Shown here one piece after another: positions 56,803 to 64,000 of a DNA stretch of 64,000 nucleotides. This stretch comes from Anaerolineae bacterium (GTDB taxonomy: Bacteria > Chloroflexota > Anaerolineae > JACIWP01): assembly GCA_028275445.1 (NCBI GenBank), contig JAPWUQ010000001.1, positions 3,161 through 67,160 of the forward strand, given 5' to 3'. Position numbers and translations under genes: made by a program. How positions within the stretch are numbered: the first letter of the stretch is position 1; every line of letters begins with the position of its first letter. The notes under the pieces are model-generated. The model was not told the DNA's origin and ran no database searches. It saw only the letters and a list, made by a program, of their open reading frames with translations.

Positions 56803-57974
56803 CAGGCCGGCTCCTCCAGGGTGGACAGCAGTAGCTCCGCCACATCCATGACGGGCATGCGCAGGCGCTGACGCCGTGCGGCCATGCCCAGGGTGCGCTG
56901 GCACTGCTGGCAGGCCGTCACGATCACCTCTGCCTTGACCCGCTGGGCCTGGGCCAGCCGGCGGCCGGCGATCTGCGCTGAAAGCTCCGGGTCAATGGAT
57001 TCCAGGTTCCCGCCGCCCCCACAGCAGGTGGCCAGGGCGTGATGGGTGGACATTTCCACCAGCTCCACCCCTGGCAGGGAAGTGATGACATGGCGCGGGG
57101 CATCGTAGACGCCGCTCTTGCGGCCCAGGTCGCAGGGGTCATGATAGGTCACGCGCAGGGGGCCGGCAGTGTCCCCGGCCCGGCGCAGTGCCGGCGGGTG
57201 GGCCGGCACAATGCGCCCTTCGTCTATCAGCGCCGCCAGCAGTTCCGTGGCATGCACCACCTGGAAGGAGGCCGGCGGATACTTCAGCTTCCAGGTATGG
57301 TAGCAGGAGGGACAGGAAGTGATCAGCCAGCGTGCCCCCAATGCTTCCACGGCGCGGATATTATGCTCGATGAGCGGCTCCACATCGCGGCCGGCGGAGA
57401 TGAGGGGATAGCCACAGCACCATTCCTCGCCGCCCAGGGTGGTAAAGGTGACGCCGGCGCGCTGGAGCACCTGGACGAAGGCCTGGGGGATGCTGTAGAC
57501 CATGGGATACAGGCTGGCGACGCACCCGACGAAGAAGACCGCTTCCGCCGGCTGGCCGGCGGGCACCTCCAGGTTCATGTTCTCCTGCCACAAGGTGCGG
57601 TGCGTATTGTCCTCGCCGGCGATGTTGTGGCTGGTGAACACGCGCTCCTCCAGCGCCCGGAGCGGGGCCGGCAGGGCATCCACATGGGCCAGCCAGCGGC
57701 GCGCCCCCTCGAAGATCTCGTCAGTGCGGACACCGCTCAGGCAGGTTTGCTGGCACAGCCGGCAGTCCAGACAGCGGTACACGTAATAGCTCAGCTTGGG
57801 GCTGAGGTCCAGCCGGCCGTTCAGCACCGAGAGCAGTAGCTGAATCTTGCCGCGCGCCACCGCCGATTCCATGCGCAGGGCATCGTACGTCGGGCATGCC
57901 GCCTGACAGAAGCCGCATCGCGTACAGCGGAGCATTTCATCCATATAGGGGGCGAGCAGTTCCTTGAAGTCCAC
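56802..57974 (-). CDS. glcF: GlcF-like iron-sulfur subunit (2x4Fe-4S plus CCG domains)
   Basis: GTG at 57974 with GGAGGTG RBS. The Arg-rich 5' extension of the listed ORF was rejected. CTRCGFCQAACP and CLDCRLCQQTC ferredoxin motifs. Two CCG (CxxCG...C) cysteine-rich domains. Confidence 0.8.
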   Translation of the reverse strand: MDFKELLAPYMDEMLRCTRCGFCQAACPTYDALRMESAVARGKIQLLLSVLNGRLDLSPKLSYYVYRCLDCRLCQQTCLSGVRTDEIFEGARRWLAHVDALPAPLRALEERVFTSHNIAGEDNTHRTLWQENMNLEVPAGQPAEAVFFVGCVASLYPMVYSIPQAFVQVLQRAGVTFTTLGGEEWCCGYPLISAGRDVEPLIEHNIRAVEALGARWLITSCPSCYHTWKLKYPPASFQVVHATELLAALIDEGRIVPAHPPALRRAGDTAGPLRVTYHDPCDLGRKSGVYDAPRHVITSLPGVELVEMSTHHALATCCGGGGNLESIDPELSAQIAGRRLAQAQRVKAEVIVTACQQCQRTLGMAARRQRLRMPVMDVAELLLSTLEEPA

Positions 57975-58005
57975 CCCGCACCTCCGTTGACAGGTCCTTG
58001 GGATG

Positions 58006-58041
58006 CACAGCCCCAGCCTGTGGTTGGGGGCTGGGGCTGTG
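58006..58041. other. 13-bp perfect inverted repeat (CACAGCCCCAGCC...GGCTGGGGCTGTG) between the aminotransferase and glcF
   Basis: Stable stem-loop in the 75-nt intergenic gap. No U-run. Possible processing site or attenuator. Confidence 0.3.
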
Positions 58042-58048
58042 TGATGTC

Positions 58049-59209
58049 TCAGCTCAGGAACACCTTCTGGGCGGCGGCCACGCCGGCGCCGTGCTCGAAG
58101 GCGTAGCCGCTGGCGGCCAGGGCGCTCTCCAGCGCGCCCATCACCGCCAGGATATCGGCCGGCGTGTGGGCGCCCATGTGTCCGATGCGGAAATACTGCG
58201 CCCGGCAGGCGGGATGCAGTCCGCCGGCCACGATGACGCCGGCGGCTCCGATCTTCCCCACCAGCGAGGCATCCACCCCTTCGGGATAATACGGCGCGGT
58301 CATCGTATGGGCCCGGCAGTGCTCGCGCGGCAGTTGGCGCAGGCCGAGCGCCGTGACGCCGGCCTTGCAGGCGTCGCTGAGCTTGCGGTGCCGGGCAATG
58401 CGTGCCTCCATGCCCTCGGCCAGGATCTGTCCCAGGCTGACGTTGAGGGCGGCGACGAGGTTGACCGCCGGCGTGCCAAAGTAGGCCGGCTTGCGCGCCT
58501 CGTAGGCCTCCATGATGGGCAGCCAATTGCCGAAATCGGCGTAGTAATTGCAGACGGGTGTCTTGCGCTTGCGCCAGGCTTCCAGGGCGCGCGGGCCGGC
58601 CACCACCAGCGCCAACCCCGGTGGGGCGCCAACGGCCTTCTGGGAAGCGGTCAGCGCCAGGTCCACCCCCCATTCGTCCATGCGCAGTTCCTCGCCGGCG
58701 ACCGAGCAGACGCCGTCCACCACGGCCAGCGCGCCGTATTGGCGTGCCAACGCCGCCACGCCCTTCACGTCCGCCAGCACGCCGGTGGAGGTATCCACCT
58801 GGGTGACCGTGACGAGCTTATAGGAATGGGATCGCAGGGCCGCTTCCACCTGCTCCAGGGCCGGCATGTCGCCGACCTCAGCCCGCACATGGTCCACCTG
58901 CGCGCCGTAGCGCTCCATCAGGGCGCCGAAGCGGTCGCCGAAGTAACCCGTGTTCACCACCAGCGCCCGATCGCCCGGCTCGATCAGGTTGGCGCCGGCC
59001 ATGTCCATGGCCAGGGTGCCGGTGCCGGCGACGATAAAGGGCTGGCCGCTGGGGGACATGAACACCTCGCGCATGCGTTCCAGCGCCTGGCCGAACTGCT
59101 CCATAAACCAGGGGTCCAGGTGGCTGGTGGTGGGTTTCCCCATCTCCCGCAGTACCGCCGGGTCGAACTCGATCGGGCCGGGAATCATCAGCAGTTTTCG
59201 ACCTTTCAT
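58049..59209 (-). CDS. Class-V aminotransferase of the serine-glyoxylate / alanine-glyoxylate type
   Basis: Start MKGRKLLMIPGP with GGAGAG RBS. PLP-lysine region (TASQKAVGAPPGL). AGXT-family layout. Confidence 0.85.
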   Translation of the reverse strand: MKGRKLLMIPGPIEFDPAVLREMGKPTTSHLDPWFMEQFGQALERMREVFMSPSGQPFIVAGTGTLAMDMAGANLIEPGDRALVVNTGYFGDRFGALMERYGAQVDHVRAEVGDMPALEQVEAALRSHSYKLVTVTQVDTSTGVLADVKGVAALARQYGALAVVDGVCSVAGEELRMDEWGVDLALTASQKAVGAPPGLALVVAGPRALEAWRKRKTPVCNYYADFGNWLPIMEAYEARKPAYFGTPAVNLVAALNVSLGQILAEGMEARIARHRKLSDACKAGVTALGLRQLPREHCRAHTMTAPYYPEGVDASLVGKIGAAGVIVAGGLHPACRAQYFRIGHMGAHTPADILAVMGALESALAASGYAFEHGAGVAAAQKVFLS

Positions 59210-59258
59210 GCGCCTCTCTCCTAAAGAAAATGGGGGCATACCCGCCGGCCGGCTGTTT

Positions 59259-59510
59259 TCATCCCCCGCCGATGGTCGGCGGCAGGATGTCAATCACATC
59301 GCCATCTTGAACCACATAATCCGGGGGCAGGGGTTTGGCCTCTTTCAGATAGCGGTTTGCCCAGCGCGGGGGGATGCCGATGCGCTCGCGAATCTGATCT
59401 ATCGTCGTACCTTCCTCGACCTGCAGGGTGAGGTGGCCGTCGTAGCCGTGTTCCTGAGCGAACTTGCGCAGAATGGAATAGAGCCGGATGTGCACGGTTG
59501 CCGGCGACAT
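59259..59510 (-). CDS. MoaD/ThiS-family ubiquitin-like sulfur-carrier protein (ends in Gly-Gly)
   Basis: 83 aa with a beta-grasp pattern. C-terminal ...LPPTIGGG. Confidence 0.65.
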   Translation of the reverse strand: MSPATVHIRLYSILRKFAQEHGYDGHLTLQVEEGTTIDQIRERIGIPPRWANRYLKEAKPLPPDYVVQDGDVIDILPPTIGGG

Positions 59511-59591
59511 CGTACCTCCTTGATCCAGCGCGTGAAACTCGGGATAATTATAACCCGGTTTTGCCGCGCCGCCAAACCGTGCGAAGTCAGC

Positions 59592-60728
59592 TCATGGCCG
59601 GTAATGCGCCGCCTCATCGAGCATGGCCCAGATGTTTTCCGGCGGGACATCGTCCTGGATGTTGTGCACCGCCGCCAGCACGTACCCGCCCGAGTGGTTC
59701 ATCACATCAATGGTATGGCGGACGGCGGCCCGCACCTCTTCCGGGGTGCCGCGCGGCAGGAGCCGTTGGGTGTCAATGCCGCCCCAGAAGGCCATGCGGC
59801 CGGCAAAGCGGGCTTTCAGGTTCTCCGGCGACATGCCGGCGGCGGACACCTGCATTGGGTTCAGCGCATCCACCCCGATCTCGATGTAATCCTCCACCAG
59901 ATCCACAATGCTCCCGCAGGCATGCACGACGATCTTGGCGTCCGTCCAGCGCCGGATCAGCTCCATATAGCGGCGGTGAAAGGGCTTTACCATTTTGCGG
60001 TACAGCTCCAGGCTTAAGAGCGGCCCCGTCTGGATGCCCATGTCGTCGGAGACCATGACCACGTCCACATAAGGGCCGACTTCCTGAAGGAAGCGCTCCA
60101 GCCGGCGGAACTGGATCTGCGCCACCTTCTCCAGCAGTGCCAGGGCAAAGGATGGGTCCAGCAGGAGGTCCATCAGGAAGCGCGCCGTGCCCCTCAGCCA
60201 GCAGGCGCGGTCGAAGAGGGTGGTGTCCAGCGTCGAGGCGCAGACGGCGTAATCAGTATCCTCATGGAGCTGACGCGCTTTCTCGCGCAGGCCGGCGTAG
60301 CGCCCCTCATCCTCCACATCCGGCCCCTCGAAGCGCTCGACATCCGCCAGCGTGGCCTCGGCCAGGGGATGGGCGATCATGTCGAACTGCGGCCAGCCGG
60401 CCGGCCGGCGGTAGGTGATGCCCCATTCATCCACAAAGGTGGATTCATCCAGCCAGCGCGTGCGCGAGCGCGCCGGCGGGTTGATGAACAGCGGCCGGGT
60501 ATCCACGGGCAGGAGCCGCAGGACAGCTTCGTCCATCTCCACGATCTCGAAGGCCAGGTTGATGACCTTGGGAGAGGTAATGGGCACTCCCAGAAACTCG
60601 GCCAGGCGCAGATATGCACCGGTGCAAATGGTGCTGTTGGGCGTGCCGCCGAGGTCAATGGGCACGCGGTCCACTTCCTGGTGGTTGAGCGCCGCCAGCA
60701 CCCTTTGGCGTGGGGTCATGCTCGCCAT
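59592..60728 (-). CDS. Uroporphyrinogen-decarboxylase-family protein (URO-D / MtaA-like)
   Basis: Start MASMTPRQRVLAALNHQEVDRVPID with AGGAGGGG RBS. URO-D-fold blocks (PIDLGGTP, VHACG, NPMQ). Confidence 0.75.
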   Translation of the reverse strand: MASMTPRQRVLAALNHQEVDRVPIDLGGTPNSTICTGAYLRLAEFLGVPITSPKVINLAFEIVEMDEAVLRLLPVDTRPLFINPPARSRTRWLDESTFVDEWGITYRRPAGWPQFDMIAHPLAEATLADVERFEGPDVEDEGRYAGLREKARQLHEDTDYAVCASTLDTTLFDRACWLRGTARFLMDLLLDPSFALALLEKVAQIQFRRLERFLQEVGPYVDVVMVSDDMGIQTGPLLSLELYRKMVKPFHRRYMELIRRWTDAKIVVHACGSIVDLVEDYIEIGVDALNPMQVSAAGMSPENLKARFAGRMAFWGGIDTQRLLPRGTPEEVRAAVRHTIDVMNHSGGYVLAAVHNIQDDVPPENIWAMLDEAAHYRP

Positions 60729-60922
60729 ATTCCCCTCCTGTCCCAGAAGTGTTATGATGATCTGACCATCCGAACGGAATGTACCACAACGTCGCCGGCG
60801 TGTCAAAGCCGGGCGAGGCCGAGAGGCCCTCACCCACGGATGGGACATGGGCCGGCTTTCCCGGCCCCCCGCTCGATCGGTTGAGGGGAAGGTACGGTCC
60901 TTTGTGCGGCAAGTCGGGGGAA

Positions 60923-60951
60923 TTGAACCTCTGCATTTCTTGTGCTATACT
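60923..60951 (+). promoter_or_regulatory. Promoter (TTGAAC-N17-TATACT) for the Trm112-like gene
   Basis: aTTGAACctctgcatttcttgtgcTATACTacg. Confidence 0.5.
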
Positions 60952-60994
60952 ACGGCCGGCAAATACCAATGCCCAGCCGCAAGGAGGCCATCTC

Positions 60995-61216
60995 ATGATT
61001 GACCAGGAACTGCTCTCCATCCTGCGCTGTCCCCACTGCGCCCCGCAGGGTCAGGAGGGACTGCTGGAGCTGGTGAAAGAGTGCTGGCTGGTGTGCCAGG
61101 AGTGCGGCCGCAAGTACCCGATCATTGATGATATCCCGTTCATGCTGGAGGAGATCGGGAACCGCTGGAGCACGACGCCGGCGGATCAACTGCCCGTGCC
61201 TCCGCCCAAGGGTTGA
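60995..61216 (+). CDS. Trm112-like / UPF0434-family small zinc-finger protein
   Basis: 73 aa. AAGGAGG RBS. LLSILRCPHC...LVCQECGRKYPIIDDIPFML is the Trm112 pattern. Confidence 0.7.
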   Translation: MIDQELLSILRCPHCAPQGQEGLLELVKECWLVCQECGRKYPIIDDIPFMLEEIGNRWSTTPADQLPVPPPKG

Positions 61217-61221
61217 CGAAC

Positions 61222-62490
61222 ATGAAGCGATCTCGCTGGTGGTTTCCCCTTGTCCTGGTGCTGTTCATCCTCCTGCTGGCAGCGCCGGCCGGCCTGGTAT
61301 GGGGCCAGGGCGCCGGCATCCAGGTGCTTGATTCCAGCGCCAACTACTCCTTCGCCAAGGAAGTCCGCTTCCGCCTGACGGCGCAGAGTGATGCCGATAT
61401 CCAATCGGTCATCCTCTTCTACCGGGTGGGGGACAGCCGCGTGGTCACACGCGCCTATCCGGAATTCCAGCCCGGCCGGCAGGTGCAGGCCGAGTGGCGC
61501 TGGCAGTTGTTCCCCGGCTCGCTGTATCCCGGCGCCCTCATCGCATATTACTGGCAGATCAGCGACGCCGCCGGCCGGCAAACCCGCACTACCCCCTATT
61601 CCTTCATCTATCAGGATGACCGCTTCGACTGGCAGGAATATGCCCGCGACCTGGTGCACGTCTACGCCTACCGCGACGCCAGGAAAGCCGAAGGGCTTCT
61701 CCAGCAGGCCCTGCAGGTGCTGGAGAAGCTGGAACAGGAGATCGGGGTCACCCTCGAACAGCCCATCCACATTTACGTCTACGCCAACCGAAACGATATG
61801 CGCCTGGCCCTGCCCTCGCGCAGTGAGCGCTACGACGAGATGACGGTGACGCTGGGGATGGTGGTCGCCGATGACACGCTCTTGCTACTGGGCAGTGAGC
61901 CAGACCTGGAACAGACCCTGGCCCATGAGCTGAGCCATATCGTGGTCGGCCTGGCGACGAAGAACCCGTTCGGCGACCTGCCGCGCTGGCTGGACGAGGG
62001 GCTGGCCATGTACGCCGAGGGGGAACTGCCGGCGCGCAACCGCCGCGCCCTCGAACAGGCCATCCAGCAGGATGACCTCATCTCCGTCCGCTCCCTCTCC
62101 GGCTACAGCGGCGACCCCGCCAAGGTGGACCTGTTTTACGCCGAGTCGTACAGCCTGGTGAAGTTCTTGCTGGATACCTACGGGCGTGAGAAAATGGTCG
62201 CGCTCCTGCAGGAGTTCAAGCAGGGGGCGTACCAGGAGGATGCCCTGCAGAAGGTGTACGGCTTCGGGCTGGACGAGCTGGACCGCCAGTGGCGGAAGAG
62301 CCTGGGGCTGGGGCCGCGGCAACTGCCGGCCGCAGGCACCCCATCCCCTTCGGCAGAGGCCGCCGGCACCCCGCCAGCTCCCTCCACGCCGGTGCCCTCC
62401 CCCGGGGTCTGCGGATTGAGCATCCTGCCGGGCGTTGGCCTGCTGGGGATATACCTCGCCGCGCGCCGGCGCGCCCGCACACCGTCGTAG
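61222..62490 (+). CDS. Secreted MA-clan zinc metallopeptidase-like protein (HELSH motif) with a C-terminal membrane anchor
   Basis: Signal peptide. HELSHIVVG...WLDEGLAMYAE gives HExxH plus a downstream Glu. Pro/Ser/Thr-rich stalk and a C-terminal transmembrane helix. Confidence 0.65.
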   Translation: MKRSRWWFPLVLVLFILLLAAPAGLVWGQGAGIQVLDSSANYSFAKEVRFRLTAQSDADIQSVILFYRVGDSRVVTRAYPEFQPGRQVQAEWRWQLFPGSLYPGALIAYYWQISDAAGRQTRTTPYSFIYQDDRFDWQEYARDLVHVYAYRDARKAEGLLQQALQVLEKLEQEIGVTLEQPIHIYVYANRNDMRLALPSRSERYDEMTVTLGMVVADDTLLLLGSEPDLEQTLAHELSHIVVGLATKNPFGDLPRWLDEGLAMYAEGELPARNRRALEQAIQQDDLISVRSLSGYSGDPAKVDLFYAESYSLVKFLLDTYGREKMVALLQEFKQGAYQEDALQKVYGFGLDELDRQWRKSLGLGPRQLPAAGTPSPSAEAAGTPPAPSTPVPSPGVCGLSILPGVGLLGIYLAARRRARTPS

Positions 62491-62544
62491 CGCAGGAGGC
62501 GGGGGCCGGCCGGGGGCGAGGTGCGTACCACACTTCCGCCATAG

Positions 62545-62572
62545 TTGACAATATCGTCCCCTGGTATACAAT
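62545..62572 (+). promoter_or_regulatory. Promoter (TTGACA-N16-TACAAT) for the XRE-cupin regulator
   Basis: gTTGACAatatcgtcccctggtaTACAATatg. Confidence 0.45.
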
Positions 62573-62597
62573 ATGCATACCGCACAGGAGGGACGAG

Positions 62598-63194
62598 ATG
62601 ATTGGACCGCAGGACCCAGAAGAAACGTATCCGACCGACCGCAATGTGGGGCTTCATATCGGGGAGCGCATCCGCGCCCGGCGCAAGGAAATGGGCCTGA
62701 GCCTGCGCGACCTGGCCAAGATGACCGATCTAAGCCCCACCTTCATCAATAACCTGGAGCGCGGCATCGGCAACCCGACCCTGGCCTCCATCCGGCGCAT
62801 CGCCAACGCCCTCAAGCTCCCGATTTATCAGCTCATGGGGGAGCCGCCCAATCACACGCCCATCGTGCGCTATCACCGGCGGGCGCGCATGACCTTCCCG
62901 CCGGGCAATGTCACGTATGAGATCGTCACGCCGCAGTTGACGCGCGACCTGGTGGTGTTCGAGGTCAAGGCGCGGGCCGACGCCGGCAATATGGTCCAAC
63001 AGCCGCTGGCAGAACCCTCCGAAGAGTGCATCCTGGTGCTCGCCGGCCGCATCGAGGTCACCATCGCCGGCGAGCGCTACGAGCTGGCCGCCGGCGACAG
63101 CATCTACTTCGAGAACCGCTTCCTGGAGAGCGTGCGCGCCCTGGGGGATGAGGAAGCGCGCTACCTGTCCATCATCAGCCGGCCCAAGCGCTGA
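62598..63194 (+). CDS. XRE-family helix-turn-helix transcriptional regulator with a C-terminal cupin domain
   Basis: ATG at 62598 with AGGAGGG RBS. HTH (IRARRKEMGLSLRDLAKMTDLSPTFINNLERG). Cupin beta-barrel (ECILVLAGRIEVTIAGERYELAAGDSIYFE). Confidence 0.8.
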   Translation: MIGPQDPEETYPTDRNVGLHIGERIRARRKEMGLSLRDLAKMTDLSPTFINNLERGIGNPTLASIRRIANALKLPIYQLMGEPPNHTPIVRYHRRARMTFPPGNVTYEIVTPQLTRDLVVFEVKARADAGNMVQQPLAEPSEECILVLAGRIEVTIAGERYELAAGDSIYFENRFLESVRALGDEEARYLSIISRPKR

Positions 63195-63328
63195 ATCCAT
63201 AAAGGCGATCATCACCACAACTGTGCCGGCGCATCAATCTGCGCCTCCATCTCTCGCGCCCTATCCCCCCGCCGCGGCCGCGCGCCTCTCCGGAAAAGGC
63301 TGTCAGTCGGCGGTCGAACCTGTGCCCC

Positions 63329-64000
63329 CTACTCCATATACGGCGCCTTGTTGATCAGCCAGTCCAGCATCGCCGGGTCCTCGGGGATGTCCTCCATCAG
63401 CGCGACGATCTCCTGATTGTGCTCCGCCAGCCGGCCCTGCCCATCGAACACCGCCGTCACCAGCCCCAGATACCGGCCGGCATGCCCGGGTGACGGCACA
63501 TCCGCATGCACCAGGAACGCCTCCCCCACCATCTCGCCGTCGGGCAGGGGCTCGACCCCGCCGCTCACGGCGATATCAATGCCCTGCACCGCCTGAAGGA
63601 GCTGGCGCGTCTGGCTGGCCGGCGTGTGCGTCAGCAGGATGACGATGTCGCTGGTCGCGGCGACCTCCGGCACCAGCCGGCGCAGGGTCTCCAGCGGGTC
63701 GTCAATGATGAACCCCGGCACATCCGCCTTCTCGGTCAGCCCGATGATGGCGACACGATGCCCGCCGATTTCCCGCACCACATAGGCCTGTGCCAACAGC
63801 TCGCCCGTGCCGGCGGCGCGCACGTTGGCCGACAGGAAGGCAAAGCGCGCCTCGGCCATCCGCTTGCGCAGTACCTCTTCCCCCAACGCCAGGTCCTTCG
63901 GCCCCAGCGCCGCGGCGTCATAGCCCAGCCGGTTCATTGCCTCGACGCTCGTGGCGCCTTTGGAACGGTCCGCCAGATTTCCATCCCCCACCAGGCTGTC
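63329..64000 (-). CDS. Metallophosphatase/5'-nucleotidase-like protein. Partial: the N-terminus lies beyond the window end.
   Basis: The open frame continues to position 64000 with no start in the window. N-terminal calcineurin-like phosphoesterase fragment (..VGDGNLADRS..) followed by a 5'-nucleotidase-C-like part. Confidence 0.55.
   Translation of the reverse strand, partial: DSLVGDGNLADRSKGATSVEAMNRLGYDAAALGPKDLALGEEVLRKRMAEARFAFLSANVRAAGTGELLAQAYVVREIGGHRVAIIGLTEKADVPGFIIDDPLETLRRLVPEVAATSDIVILLTHTPASQTRQLLQAVQGIDIAVSGGVEPLPDGEMVGEAFLVHADVPSPGHAGRYLGLVTAVFDGQGRLAEHNQEIVALMEDIPEDPAMLDWLINKAPYME

Noticed and set aside
56802-58673. N-terminal 233 codons of the listed 623-aa glcF ORF
   Set aside because: Arg/Gly-rich, no motifs. 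A GTG with a GGAGGTG RBS at 57974 precedes the first ferredoxin motif. The long version would overrun the 13-bp inverted repeat and the upstream gene's end.

Overview
This is a 64-kb, high-GC bacterial chromosomal segment that looks like core genome rather than a mobile island. The GC content is roughly 65-70% by eye. No transposase, integrase, CRISPR array, rRNA or tRNA gene was found. Genes are densely packed and many adjacent pairs overlap by ATGA, which suggests translational coupling. Main content, in window order: (1) The 3' part of a tryptophan operon on the minus strand: trpE, a fused trpG-trpD, trpC and a partial trpF. It sits behind a T-box leader with a terminator and an upstream consensus sigma70-like promoter. 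(2) An array of GTGACAGTCAC palindromes between divergent promoters, which recurs about 11 kb away. (3) Secreted or membrane-anchored proteins with Thr/Pro-rich linkers, an M14 carboxypeptidase, and a PrsW protease. (4) A small minus-strand operon that encodes an FmdB zinc-ribbon protein and a thioredoxin-fold ORF interrupted by an in-frame TGA; the latter is a candidate selenoprotein. (5) A LarA-like gene, a TrpB-like PLP enzyme, and a DinG-type exonuclease-helicase. (6) Two large membrane glycosyltransferase-like proteins (GT39-like and DUF2723-like) that share tandem C-terminal beta-domain repeats. (7) A Ser/Thr signalling cluster (kinase with PQQ propeller, PP2C phosphatase, J-domain/vWA protein, FHA protein). 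(8) A MacB-type ABC efflux locus in which the membrane-fusion (HlyD-like) gene is present as two nearly identical tandem copies, followed by a pseudo-receiver, an OmpR-family response regulator and a histidine kinase. (9) A minus-strand operon combining a class-V aminotransferase, glcF/glcD/glcE-like FAD/Fe-S oxidase subunits, a second LarA-like gene and a NapH-like membrane ferredoxin. Many promoters close to TTGACA-N17-TATAAT can be read directly. All calls rest on motif and sequence recognition from the translated ORFs; no database searches were run.
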